Assembly: GCA_002189035.1 (NCBI GenBank)
Contig: NEEC01000011.1
Span: 1,426,001-1,490,000, forward strand
Reading direction: 5' to 3'
Length of the DNA: 64,000 nt
Origin: Utricularia gibba
Lineage: Eukaryota; Plantae; Magnoliophyta
Position 1 is the first letter of the stretch; each line of letters begins with the position of its first letter. Position numbers and translations under genes: made by a program. Of the stretch, positions 43,795 to 55,010 are shown piece after piece. The notes beneath the pieces are model-generated. The model saw only the letters and a list, made by a program, of their open reading frames with translations, was not told the DNA's origin and ran no database searches.

Positions 43795-44618
43795 ATCCAT
43801 TTCCTGCTCTCTTATTTGATTGCCGTTACTTACGTTAGGGGATATGCATCTTATGTTTCAGTTCAGTGTGTACATATATGAATGCGTCGTAGTTTTGTAA
43901 TAACCTCGATGGGGGCATCTGTCGGATAGTGCTTTAACGTTTAATTTGATCATCCTTTAGATCCTTGACCTTGAAGCTTAACCGTAAATACGGAAGTGGA
44001 GATGCACTGTCTCCGATTACGCCTATGCTTGTAACTCAGAAAAGATGTTTCTTTCTTCATTCTCCTTTCAGGGCTGTGACGGCTGCTATTGAAGCTTGGA
44101 TCTTTTCTTGTTTTTGTTTGCATGATCTTTTGTGAAGCTATTAGCTGCTGCTGAAACTGGGTTTTCTTGCGTAGGCTAGACTACAATCTTTTATGGTATT
44201 GGGGTGCTATACAGGTCTAGAGTGTTCATTGGTGCTCCTTCCTTCTTCTTGGGGGCATATTTAATTTCCTTTCAACGTCTTGACTCGCCGTCGTTCAGAT
44301 TCGATTCAAGTTTGAAGCTCGTGGTAATGCAGAAAACAACCTCGATTCATCATAGCAATATGCTTCAGCTTTTCTTTCATTCGGATGAACCTCTTAGAAC
44401 TGGTTCTCTACATCTAGATGCATAAACTGGTAAGACTGACGAGAAACGGCGACTGAAGAGAGGTCTGGTTTGACAGCGAATTTGAGGAAGCTGAGGCAGA
44501 AGGACAAGATGATGATGATGGAAGCAAACGTATCATTTAAAAATAATTTATTTAAGTGGAAAAGATTTGACATTCAACGGGTTCCGGTGGCCGGTAGAAG
44601 GCGGAATTGCAATTGGGA

Positions 44619-46678
44619 ATGAGATCTTCTTCAGTTCCGCTCAAGTTCGCGTTCGTTTTATCCCTTTCCCTCGCCGGCGCTGCTTCCTTTACCGTCTCCG
44701 CCGTCCCTTCACCGCCTAGATCTCATCATCGAATAAGGGCTTATTCTCGCTCTCGCTCCCGCTCTCCGCCGCTCACTCCCAAGGCCACTGTCTCCGACTT
44801 GTTGGCCCTCCTAGGCCCACCCCACGAGGCGGATTCCGTCAATTTGAATGTGGCGGATGAGCTTTGGTCGTGTTTCAAATTCCTTGTACCCCATAGTCGA
44901 AGTGTCAAATCGGTGCGATCACTAAGTTCTGTGGTGAATGGGTTTTCGTTTGGAAGAAAAGGCGTTGATAGTGTAGATCAATTGATATTGTCGCCACCTG
45001 ATTCAGTATTGGAGTTGGCGAGGATAGCTGTTGACTCTGGCGCTGATCCTGGGGCCATTCATCGAGCTCTTGATCCAGCAATGATTCCTGTAAGTATCCT
45101 CGAAGACTCCTTACCCTTAATTCCCAGTTGGGTTCACCACTAGCTCCACTTTTTTTCTTTGAGGGGTTATAAGCTAAAGTGATAATGGATTGCATCGTTC
45201 GCGCTGCTGCTTTCTTTCAATGAAATTCTCGCTTGAAGCTCAACTTTTGAAGGATCCCTTTGAGAAGTACAGGTGCCTGACGTTGAAGCTTGTGTTGAAG
45301 ATCGATGTGAGCTTACCAGAACTCCATACGGGAGGCGATTTGTTGACGAGGTACATAAAATCGAGATAGCACCTCTTGGGGGTGAAGTGTCTAATGGTTG
45401 ATTTAGTTCATGTAGCCTGCCAGTTTCTCTTTTATAGGAGCTGAATTCTTACCTCAAGTTCCTGTTTGAAACTATTGCGATCCGTGGTCCTGATGTTGGG
45501 CTGAACTTATCCCTGAGCCGGTTTGACTTGTTCCATGGTCATGTTTTTCTAGCAAGAGGTTCCGGGAGGCTTGGCATTCTGTGAGTTGGCATACAAAACT
45601 ACTATATTATGTAGTTGACAGATGAGCTTGCAATCACTATTGCATTTCCAGGTTTCATGCTAAAGAGTATCCTGCTTATGATAAAGAAGTTTTCCCGTGT
45701 AACATGGGCTACTGCCAAATAGGTAAGTCGGTGAATGGGGGTTTGAATCATGACCTGTATGGAAATTAGAATGTGAGAGAGAGATCTACAACTGTTCAAA
45801 AGTTTTTAGAAGGTGGGAGCAGACACCACCATTTGCTTCGTGTACCTGAATCATCCTGCTTGTTATTTTCAGGATCTAATGTTGCGTATGACGATTCCAT
45901 GGACTTGAGAAATATTCTTTGGCTTGCTCCATTACCAAGTAATTCCACGGATTCATGGTTGGCACCAGGTATACGTCTTGCTTTTTTTTTTTGTTTTTTT
46001 TTGCTCAGTTAAGGACTACGTTTACCACACTTGTCTGTCTGAACAAGCTGTGATAATTCCACATGTTATGCTAGACTTTTTCTAGCTGTGCAGATGTTGA
46101 GGATTTGATTCGCACTATGATATCTAGTTTGTAATCCAGGGGCTGAATGTGTTGTTTATGATAAGAAAAACAAATCTCCAGTAAAGTCACCAACAATGAT
46201 TTACCATCAGATTATCCAGTATTTTCCCCTAGTTTGAAGTCTTGTTCGAAAAAATGTGTACTTTTTGGCATTCTGTTCGTGTTTCGATTATTAGTTGATG
46301 CCATCGTAACGAAGCTGTTGATTTAGATGCTCAGAATGTGGTAGCTGTTTATGCAATGTACCAACACTGGATGCTGCTCTTGTTTGAGCCTGCATTCATT
46401 CCTTGTTGCAGGAGTGCTGGTGGTGTTAGATGCAAACCCCAAGGGGATCATTTATCGGGATCTGATCCCAGATTACGTTGGTTTTGCAAGAACTCTGTAT
46501 GAAGGTTTGACTCTGGAAATCCTTACACATCCACACCCCATATACATCATCCCTGTTGCTAACCTTTGAAGGCACATGTTGCCACTGCAATGCAGAGGAT
46601 TTTGGGGAAGTTGTGGCGGATGTCAACTACCTCAATGTTGGAGAAAAGCTGCCTGATTTTCAAATCTTCATCTGCTGA
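44619..46678 (+). CDS. Uncharacterised 7-exon protein (344 aa); exons 44619-45089, 45273-45350, 45438-45580, 45652-45722, 45873-45968, 46412-46504, 46596-46678
   Basis: All exons join in frame through GT-AG introns. The N-terminus is hydrophobic and Ser/Arg-rich; the core includes LTRTPYGRRF, FDLFHGHVFLA, FHAKEYPAYDK and MDLRNILWLAPLP. Function not recognised. Confidence 0.88.
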
Positions 46679-47112
46679 TTGGCAAATCCCCTAACTCCCA
46701 TGCAGGTACATAAGAATTAAACCTGGTGATAGTAGCATATGTTATCAACAATGTTGCTGTTTTAATTGGTCTAAAAAATCATGAATCGTTTGGATAAATA
46801 CCAAACTTTTTTTTATGAATGGTTCACGATTCAATAAGATTCAATTGTGAACTTTTAAACATTTATGTGTTGTAATTCACTCCAATTTCAAATAGTATAC
46901 TCATCTTCTTCCCCATGTTGTGATGTTGTGCAAATGGTAGCACAACTTGGCTTGCAAGTTTCTGTTCTTGAAGTGAAGAGTGCTGAAAGAGAAAGAGTAG
47001 TTTTGCAAAAAAATGTGGGGGTGATAAGGTGTAACAGAAAGATTTGAAGGGGTGATATTGTAATATTTTGAAAATATGTACAGAAAAAATTCTTCTGAAC
47101 CCCGCCTGGAGG

Positions 47113-48117
47113 CTATCCATGTGGGTTGGCGTGGGTGGCGGTAGAATTTGGGCTTTCGGGGGCTTCGGCGGCTTTGGGATCGAAGTATTTGAACGACGCG
47201 GTGGTTCGTCCGCCGCCGTCACTCGCCACTTTGGGCGATTGCATCGAGAAAGCTCGCCGGAATATTATCCAACGCTGTGAGGGTCTCTGGCTGGACCTCG
47301 CGCCGCCGCGGCTGCTGTCTTCGCCGCTTCTGAAACCCCTTGCGGAATCGCCGGCGTAACCTCGGGCTGTGTTGAACATGGATCTCTCCATCACCTCCTT
47401 CTTCATCCCCTCCGGCAATCTCAGAGTAAACCGATCTAGATCGCCCAGTTGAAGAACCAGAGAGTGCCCCGTGGTGTGGGATCTGAAATTAGGCAAACGG
47501 TTTGGGGTTTGGGAAGTGGCGTTTCCATTTGCGTCTATCTGTACGGCGATTTCACCGTTTCGCGAACCAATGCGATTGTTCTCCGGCGGCTGTAAAGGTG
47601 GCGCTTGGGCGGGTTGGGTCAAATCCGCCCGGCATACAGGGCAAGTAGTGTGTTGTGCGAGCCACGCGTCGATGCACTCCGGGTGAAAAACATGATCGCA
47701 ATGAGGCAGCAAACGCAAGGTATCATCCTCCACAAATTCGTTCAGACAAACGGCGCACTCCAGAGCGCCTTTTCCGATCTTGTGCTCCTTCACCTCGGAG
47801 TAGGAGAAAGTGGGGAGCCCCACGATTATCTCATCATCCAGTCCCCGCGCTGCCGCCGCACCGCGCCGGGTCCCCATCGAAACACCTCTTCGGGTCCCGC
47901 CGACTGAAACATGGGCGTCGTTGCAGCGGCGGAGGTAGACCGAGCAGACGGCCATGAAGAAAAGCGCTCCCACGAGAGCAATCATGATGCTCGCCATGGG
48001 CGGATTGAACTGCGCCAAGTTATACGGGTTATCGGTGAACCCCCCGCCACCGGTCTGAGCGTCGACGAGATCCCCTACGAATGCAGCGATCACGAGACAT
48101 CTCGCCGCCAATCCCAT
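47113..48117 (-). CDS. ATL-family RING-H2 E3 ubiquitin ligase (ATL6/ATL31-like), intronless (334 aa)
   Basis: Signal plus TM segment, GLD motif, RING-H2 CAVCLNEF...LLPHCDHVFHPECIDAWL..HTTCPVCR, and RSHTTGHS / DRFTLRLP motifs. Confidence 0.95.
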   Translation of the reverse strand: MGLAARCLVIAAFVGDLVDAQTGGGGFTDNPYNLAQFNPPMASIMIALVGALFFMAVCSVYLRRCNDAHVSVGGTRRGVSMGTRRGAAAARGLDDEIIVGLPTFSYSEVKEHKIGKGALECAVCLNEFVEDDTLRLLPHCDHVFHPECIDAWLAQHTTCPVCRADLTQPAQAPPLQPPENNRIGSRNGEIAVQIDANGNATSQTPNRLPNFRSHTTGHSLVLQLGDLDRFTLRLPEGMKKEVMERSMFNTARGYAGDSARGFRSGEDSSRGGARSSQRPSQRWIIFRRAFSMQSPKVASDGGGRTTASFKYFDPKAAEAPESPNSTATHANPHG

Positions 48118-48927
48118 TAACAGAGGGGCAATGCGAATCGATCTGGGAAGGGAGATCTGCCTATGAAAAAGCAGCCTATTTGTCTGAATGCCGTCGAGCT
48201 TCCCTGAGAAAACAGCGAGGAAGACGACTTTTCGTGATTCATCTCATGCCCATGGGACATGGCTCAGGAGAAAGCAATTCTATGACGATGATAATGATGG
48301 CTACCTAATTGTTAATTGCCGCCACGTGGATTAAATTAAAGCATGATTAATTTTTAATTAATATTAATGTTTGTAGGGATTAGTTAGTGAAACAATGCTA
48401 AATGGATGCATCACCTCTCAAGAAGCCACCATAAGATAATTAAAGTTGTGATACAATTTATTTAGAACAATTTTTATTTATTAAGATAATTAATAAATAA
48501 TTTTATTACACATACAAACCAATTCTATTTCAAAAAAGTATAAATATTATATATTTTTTTATTGAAAATAATTCTCCAAAAACTAAATCAGAACCATTAA
48601 ATACATACAAGACAACTCAACATGTTTTTCTTTTTAAAAAAAAAATTTACAAAAAGCCCTTATCAAAAAATATTGATTTTGTTTCGTCCATTTTCCATTT
48701 AAAAAAAGTTTTTATTAAAATCATGTCAACTATTAATAAAATAACCGTTGGTTATGTGTCCACGTAGCCGGATCTCCACCATTAGATGACGCTTGTTCCA
48801 CAAGCTTCTGTTTCCCTGTCTCAGGCTCGCATTTATTACTTCTTTAATTCGCATTTTCCAAATTACAAATAATAATTAAAAAGAAAAAGAAGGTTGAAAA
48901 TGAGGATCGACAACTCACCGATTGCAA

Positions 48928-51061
48928 GGGTTAATTAGTATTTTACATGTGTCAGAGTTTTTTATTTGCAATTTACGGGAACTTTTTTTCTAATTTGTAA
49001 ATTACCTTACTTTTTTATTTGTATTTGCAAAATGCCTTAGATTTTAGGTCTAAATTTGGTAAATACATGTAATGCAGGATATAGGTTGACAATATACCTT
49101 AACTTTTTGTTTTATTGGTATTTTACATAGGTTATAATTTTTCATTTGCAATTTATCGGAACTTTTTGTTCTAATTTGTAAATTACTTATTTTTTTATTT
49201 TTCTTTATAAATTGACTTAGATCTAGAAATTCATTTATACAATAATGCGAAAATAAGTTTAATATTACAAATTATATATTTTGTTTTATAAAATTTCATA
49301 TTTTTTTATATTTATATAATACCCTAATTTTTATTTTTGATTTATAAAATACCATATTTTAATTAAATTCTAATTACTATTTAAATTACAATTATTATAT
49401 AATAATAAAAACTTACTTTAAATTAATATTGAATTCCTAATTTAATATAGTTATAAAATATTTAATAATTCACTTTTTAAAAAATGTTTCCAGACACTGT
49501 ATCGTGTGCTAGCAGTGTCCGGAAATTTCCAGGCTCTGCAACCACGCGATGTAGTGCCTGGAAATAATATGTAACAATATTAAAAAAAATTTCTAGACAT
49601 TTTCAAGACACTGCTAGCACACCATGCAATATCTGGAAATAATATGTTAAAAAATGTTTCCAGACATTGCATCGCGTGCTAGCAGTGTCCGGAAATTTAC
49701 AGGCTTTGCAACCATGCGATGCAGTGCCTGGAAATAATATGTAACCATATTAAAAAAAAAATTCTAGACATTTTCCAGACACTGCTAGCACACCATGCAG
49801 TGTCTGGAAATAATATGTAACCATATTAAAAAAAATTCTAGACATTTTCCAGACACTGCTAGCACACCATGCAGTGTCTGGAAATAATATGTAACCATAT
49901 TAAAAAATGTTTCCAGACACTGCATCGCGTGCTAGTAGTGTTCGGAAATTTCCAAGCTCTGCAACCACGCGATGCAGTGCCTAGAAATAATATGTAACCA
50001 TATTAAAAAAATTTTCTAGACATTACAATCACGCCAACTAGCAGTGTCTGGAATTTTCAGACACTCATAAGAAACGAAGTAGTGTTTGGAAGGACTTATT
50101 TTTTATTTTATTTTTTGCATAGTTATCATAATTTATAATATTATATTTTTTTATTTATAAAACACTATTAAGGTTTATAGAAGTTATAAAAATTATTATT
50201 AAATTATGTGGTTTATATAAAAAAAATCTATACAAATAGTTGTTATATTCAATAAAAGAGTGGTTGAATGTACAATTATTCAATTCATCATTCTTATGTT
50301 TGAGTAGAATTATCAACGAAAATTTTTTTTTCATATATTTAAATATTGGAATACTTTGTTTAACTTATATTTGTTAAAAAATTTATATAGGTGTATGAAA
50401 ATATATGAAATTGGTTAAAACCTAATTTAGAATACCCTAAACCCTATTCCCTAATTTGATAACCATAAATTTATTTTAAGCACGAAAATCATTTTGCAAA
50501 TATATATTAATTAAAAGAATGTTAACATGTAATATTTCAAAATAATATACATACAAGTAATACAATAGTTTTATCATATTTTTGATTATGTAATACAATG
50601 ATTATAATCATAAAATATTATATTATTTCGTATATAACTTATATAATTTATTATATTACATTTTTATAAAAATTTTTAAATAGTTTAATAGTATAGGTTT
50701 CTTAATATCATTATTAATAATAAATTTTATTATTTAATATAATTTTAAAAACATTATACTTCATATTCTTTTGTTTTTGTGTAAAAATCATTTTCTTCAA
50801 CATTTCAACATAAAAGAATATACCCATCATGAGTTTTTTTTATTTAAAAAATAAGAAGTCCGATATTTTGCGAATGAAAACTAAGATTATATGTAATTTT
50901 ACAATAAAAAAAAACTTTCATTATTTTGCAAATAAATGTAGTCTAACACAAGTATTTATCAAATTTTGACTTGTAATACCTGTAAAATACTAATAAAATA
51001 AAAAGTTCCGGTATTTTGCAAACATATTTATTCTGACACATGTATTTAACAAATTTAGCCC
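48928..51061. mobile_element. Complete non-autonomous Mutator-like element (2134 bp) with TIRs and a 9-bp TSD
   Basis: Left end GGGTTAATTAGTATTTTACATGTGTCAGA...TTTGCAATTTACGGGAACTTTT versus reverse complement of the right end GGGCTAAATTTGTTAAATACATGTGTCAGA...TTTGCAAAATACCGGAACTTTT. Flanks CGATTGCAA (48919-48927) and CGATTGCAC (51062-51070). No ORF. Confidence 0.85.
49481..50075. repeat. Tandem array of palindromic ~100-bp (A) and ~68-bp (B) units inside the MULE
   Basis: Unit order is about A-B-A-B-B-A. Each unit carries TTTCCAGACACTGC...GCAGTG(T/C)CTGGAAA inverted arms plus an ATAATATGTAACCATATT(A)n spacer. Confidence 0.92.
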
Positions 51062-51354
51062 CGATTGCACAACTCCACCAGCACAGAACAAATGAGTGGG
51101 GCCCACTTGCTCATGGGAGATGGTGACATGGCATGGCAACTATTTCGAACTGCCTGGAAATGCGTATCCGATTTCGGGCGATGGTGACAACATTTGGGGA
51201 TAAATGAATATAGGAAATAAAGATTTACAGTTAAAATGAAAATGAAACCCACCAGGAGAAGGAGACCAGCGATGTCAAGAGTTACCATACAATCCCTCCT
51301 TTTTCATTTTAGTAACAAGTGTTGATGAATGCATAACTCTGAGTCATCCTCTAT

Positions 51355-51839
51355 GTACTTGTTAGTGTGGTAAAATTGCACATACTCCATCCAAATTCCA
51401 AAAAAGAAATGCTTTTTCATGAGTAGATAGCTCTTCCCTTGACTGTTTTCAGGTTTCATCCCACTGAAACAGGTAGGTGATCCAAGGCTGCCTGCAGCAG
51501 CAGCCTGGCAGATAGCTGCTGGGTTACCATTGCTTCTAATTTGAGCTTCTTTCAAACACTCTCTTGTGGTTGTCGTTCTCACAGGTGCCTCGATGATCAC
51601 GAGGAGGACGACACCCACAAGGAGTGTTTGAAAGAAGCTCTTGGGGAACAAGTTAGAAGCCATAGTAACAGCGCAGCTATCCGCCAGACTGCTGCTGCAG
51701 GCAGCCTTGGATCACCTACCTGTTTCAGTGGGATGAAACCTGAAAACACTGTCAAGGGAAGAGCTAGCTACATATGAAAAATGATTTCTTTTTTGGAATT
51801 TGGATGGAGTATCTGCAATTTTACCACACTAACAAGTAC
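51355..51839. ncRNA. Long inverted repeat (485 nt fold-back); candidate hairpin-siRNA or young MIRNA locus
   Basis: Arms 51355-~51590 and ~51600-51839 are reverse complements, including a 60-bp perfect duplex (51444-51503 with 51689-51748). Transcription is not shown by the sequence. Confidence 0.55.
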
Positions 51840-52301
51840 GGAAGCTGGTCTTTCTGATGCAGACTGTATCTGCCCACGGATATGTATAGAAATATGTAAC
51901 GAGTAATGAGATGTAGAAAGGATATTCTTCTGGATGGCGAATCAGTTCAGCAGCAGCATCTGCAGGAATGCTCACTGCTCTTTTTCCCTTGTGGACTGTA
52001 CCTGGTTCTGGTTCCTTGCCCAAACTCTGGATTCTTCCCATTTGCTCCATGTCGAGGAGTTGCTCTTTTGCTGTGGCATCAATTAACCCTTGCAAAACTT
52101 CGAAAAGATCAACACCAAGTGAAGACATCAACAATATATAAAGAACATTAGGCATTCCAATGAAACACAGAGATCAATATAACCAGATGATGCTCAATGA
52201 TTGTAGTTGTAATCCAGAGGGATTCTGCCTCCCAATGCTAAGTGATTGTATTTGTAAGTGATCCTAATCAATTTGTGTGCAGAAAATCACTAGCACTATT
52301 T

Positions 52302-53789
52302 CTAGAGTTTCATGTCATCGCCATCCTCATCCTCATGACGAGCTTCCGCAGCAGCGATTTCGGAATCCAGCATGTTGATCATATTCCCACTTAGATGTTT
52401 TGCAACAGACACCATGTCAAGAATCACGCTTGGATCCAAACCCGCACCCCCTCTTTTCATCAACCCACATACACGTCCATCTTTGTTGACAGAAATCGAC
52501 ACAGCACAACTCATTTCAGATTCCTCTTCCCCTGTAGCGTCCACTATGTAATGCCTGCCAACCTGAAATGCAATCAATAATTCAGCAGTGCGTCACGATT
52601 ACTAATTGGAAAAGATGAGGGAGATGATAGAGTGCCTTCGTTAATGTGATCAAGAAAGGGATCCTGCTTGTGTCAAATTGTAGGAACTCTTCATCACTGA
52701 CGTCAACTTCTGGCTGCTCATCATGAGCGGCAATGGCTGTCACTTGCACTTTTGGTATTGCAGTATTGCTGAGCGCTGCCTGGTAGGGAAAACCAAACAA
52801 CAGAACACACACTCTTTGCTTCAGTTCAGATTTTTTTTTTTTTTCAGATGGTTAAATAAGCACTCTCGATCAAGGCTAATACCATGTGCATACCTTGATA
52901 GCAGCCGCCAAGGCATCCAGTACATTGCCATCAGAGCTAACAACAAGAGAATCAATATAAAGATCCCAACAGATCTTCCCCTTTACAATGGACAGAGACA
53001 AGAGATCGATTCCAGATCCTGATGAAAACACCCCAAAAAGAAACAAAACTAACTAAAGTGGGACCATCACAGCCTAACTTTGAGCAACACAAGATTGGTT
53101 CAGTTCATAAGTACCTGACCCACGTTTACCACCCAGCAAGCAATGTTCAAGTGCTGAACAGAGCTCGCTTGATAACTGCTCCCCGCCTCTTCCCTGCGTT
53201 ATGAAGTTACAAGAAAATCTTACAAATCGAGATCAGTATAGATTTAATATCACATGCACATGGTAACGATGAAGTTTTTTTCTTTTGTTTTTTTTTTTAA
53301 CCTCATATGTTGGCTCAGCAGTGGGGCTGCATTCAACATGAATATGAACACTTCCTTCATCTGGATGAGACGGCTTTGGTTTTCCAAGTTCAGCCTGTAA
53401 AATTAAATTGATGAATGAACAAAATACAAACAGGGTTTCTAAAAAAAATAGACAGAAATCCAAAGACTCAAGAGCTACGCTGGACAAAGATTTCACAGGA
53501 AACCTAATCACGACCCTTCATTAACTAAACTACCTTCACAGTTGCAATGACTTCAGTTGACCCCAACTTGACTCTTGCTGAACCACTTGCCTTATCATTG
53601 CCAGAATAGATTAGTAAACATAAGGTTTGTGGATAAACGAAATTAGCACTCAAAATTTCATACCTGCGGTATGACACCCGTCTCAACAAAAATGGGGCGA
53701 TATGTATATCGTTTGCGACCATCATTACGAAGATCCTGAGCGATGCCACCTTTTATAAAGTTCAGCTCTCCATAAGAAAGTCCCACCAT
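52302..53789 (-). CDS. RRP42: Exosome complex RNase PH-like subunit RRP42, 7 coding exons, last intron GC-AG
   Basis: MVGLSYGELNFIKGGIAQDLRNDGR, GSARVKLG, CSPTAEPTYEGRGGE, CWDLYIDSLVVSSDGN, AALSNTAIPKV and VGRHYIVDAT...LDPSVILDMVSVAK. Confidence 0.95.
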
Positions 53790-55010
53790 GACTACAACAA
53801 AACCAGTTCACAGATTCTGAGCAAATGTAACATCCCTTAATTTCTTTAACTAATTCCTCCAAGCAAATAACATCCGTTTCTCTTTGTAAGAACCTTAATT
53901 TCCAATGCAAACATAAGATAAAGTGTGCCATCAAGCATTTGATTTATCTTCATACTACCTACTGTTCCACTACTCATTTTACAAAGAGCAGAAAAATGTC
54001 TAGACTCAGTGTAACTGCCGATTCAAACTTCACTAATACAAGAAAAACTGATAACCACATAAAAGTTTAAACTGAACAATGTGAAATCGAACACACCTTA
54101 ACCTAAACATCAATTGCGAACGCAGAGGCGCACATCGTGCAGCGTTATCGGTAGGATGCAAAATCATGAAAATTCAAGGGCAGAATCATAAAAAAAACCT
54201 ATGAACCAATAAATGGAAAGGAGCAAACGCACCGAATACTCGAGGAATGTAAATGAGGAGTAACACTTCGAATAATTGTAAAGACGAAGGCAGCTCCCCG
54301 TCGCCTACGAGACTGGAGGACTGAACAGAATTCACAGAGACCGGGGCGCGGTGGAGTGAATTTTGGGCCAATTTTCTCCAAGCCACAAGCTCACTACAAA
54401 AAAATAGAATAAATATACCTCTTTCATATTTTTCAGAAGATTCCATTTTTAGAATTAACTAAGTCAATGTTTTACAAATAGATTAAACTTATTAAAGATC
54501 TGACAATTTTCAATTATAATTTTAAAAAATAAAAAGTATTATTTAAATAAATTGATTCATTTTTTCAATTTATTCATGAATTAAATCAAATTTAACTTCG
54601 AATCAAATCCTATAATTTTAACCTAGATAACATTGATGAAGATGATGTTCCATGTTTTGTAATTTCAAATTAAGCACTCTATTCTAATTCTATTAGAGCA
54701 GTTATTCCACTTAAATTGATTAAGATTATATAACCTTGGTATCATTTAATAGGGATGGAATATTAATTCAACAAGAATAGAATTGAATTTAGTAGAATAA
54801 AAGTGATTTCCAAACAAAGTTTTAATTTCCTAATACCACCACTTGTACTATTATATGGTGCAAGTTTACAAGTTACAGCAGCTACATAAGTACTTATAAG
54901 AAAAAAAATGTGATGACGTGGCTACAATTGGAGTCCAACCACAAGGACTAACAACACTCAGCTTCTGGCAAGGGAAATGAAGAAGATTATGGAAGGGGAG
55001 AAAGAAACCA

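Noticed and set aside
44200-44540. Coding-like acidic stretch (EVWFDSEFEEAEAEGQDDDD) between SRC2 and the 7-exon gene
   Set aside because: Fragmentary with stops in all frames; I could not assign it to any family.
49481-50075. CRISPR-like repeat array
   Set aside because: Eukaryotic context, no unique spacers and no cas genes; it lies within MULE TIRs.
51471-51490. Resemblance of GGTAGGTGATCCAAGGCTG to the miR169 complement
   Set aside because: Only 14 of 19 positions match, too few to call a miR169 family member.
51304-51777. Two similar ORFs on opposite strands (119 aa and 78 aa) as duplicated genes
   Set aside because: Their similarity is a by-product of the inverted repeat; neither has a credible start or gene structure.
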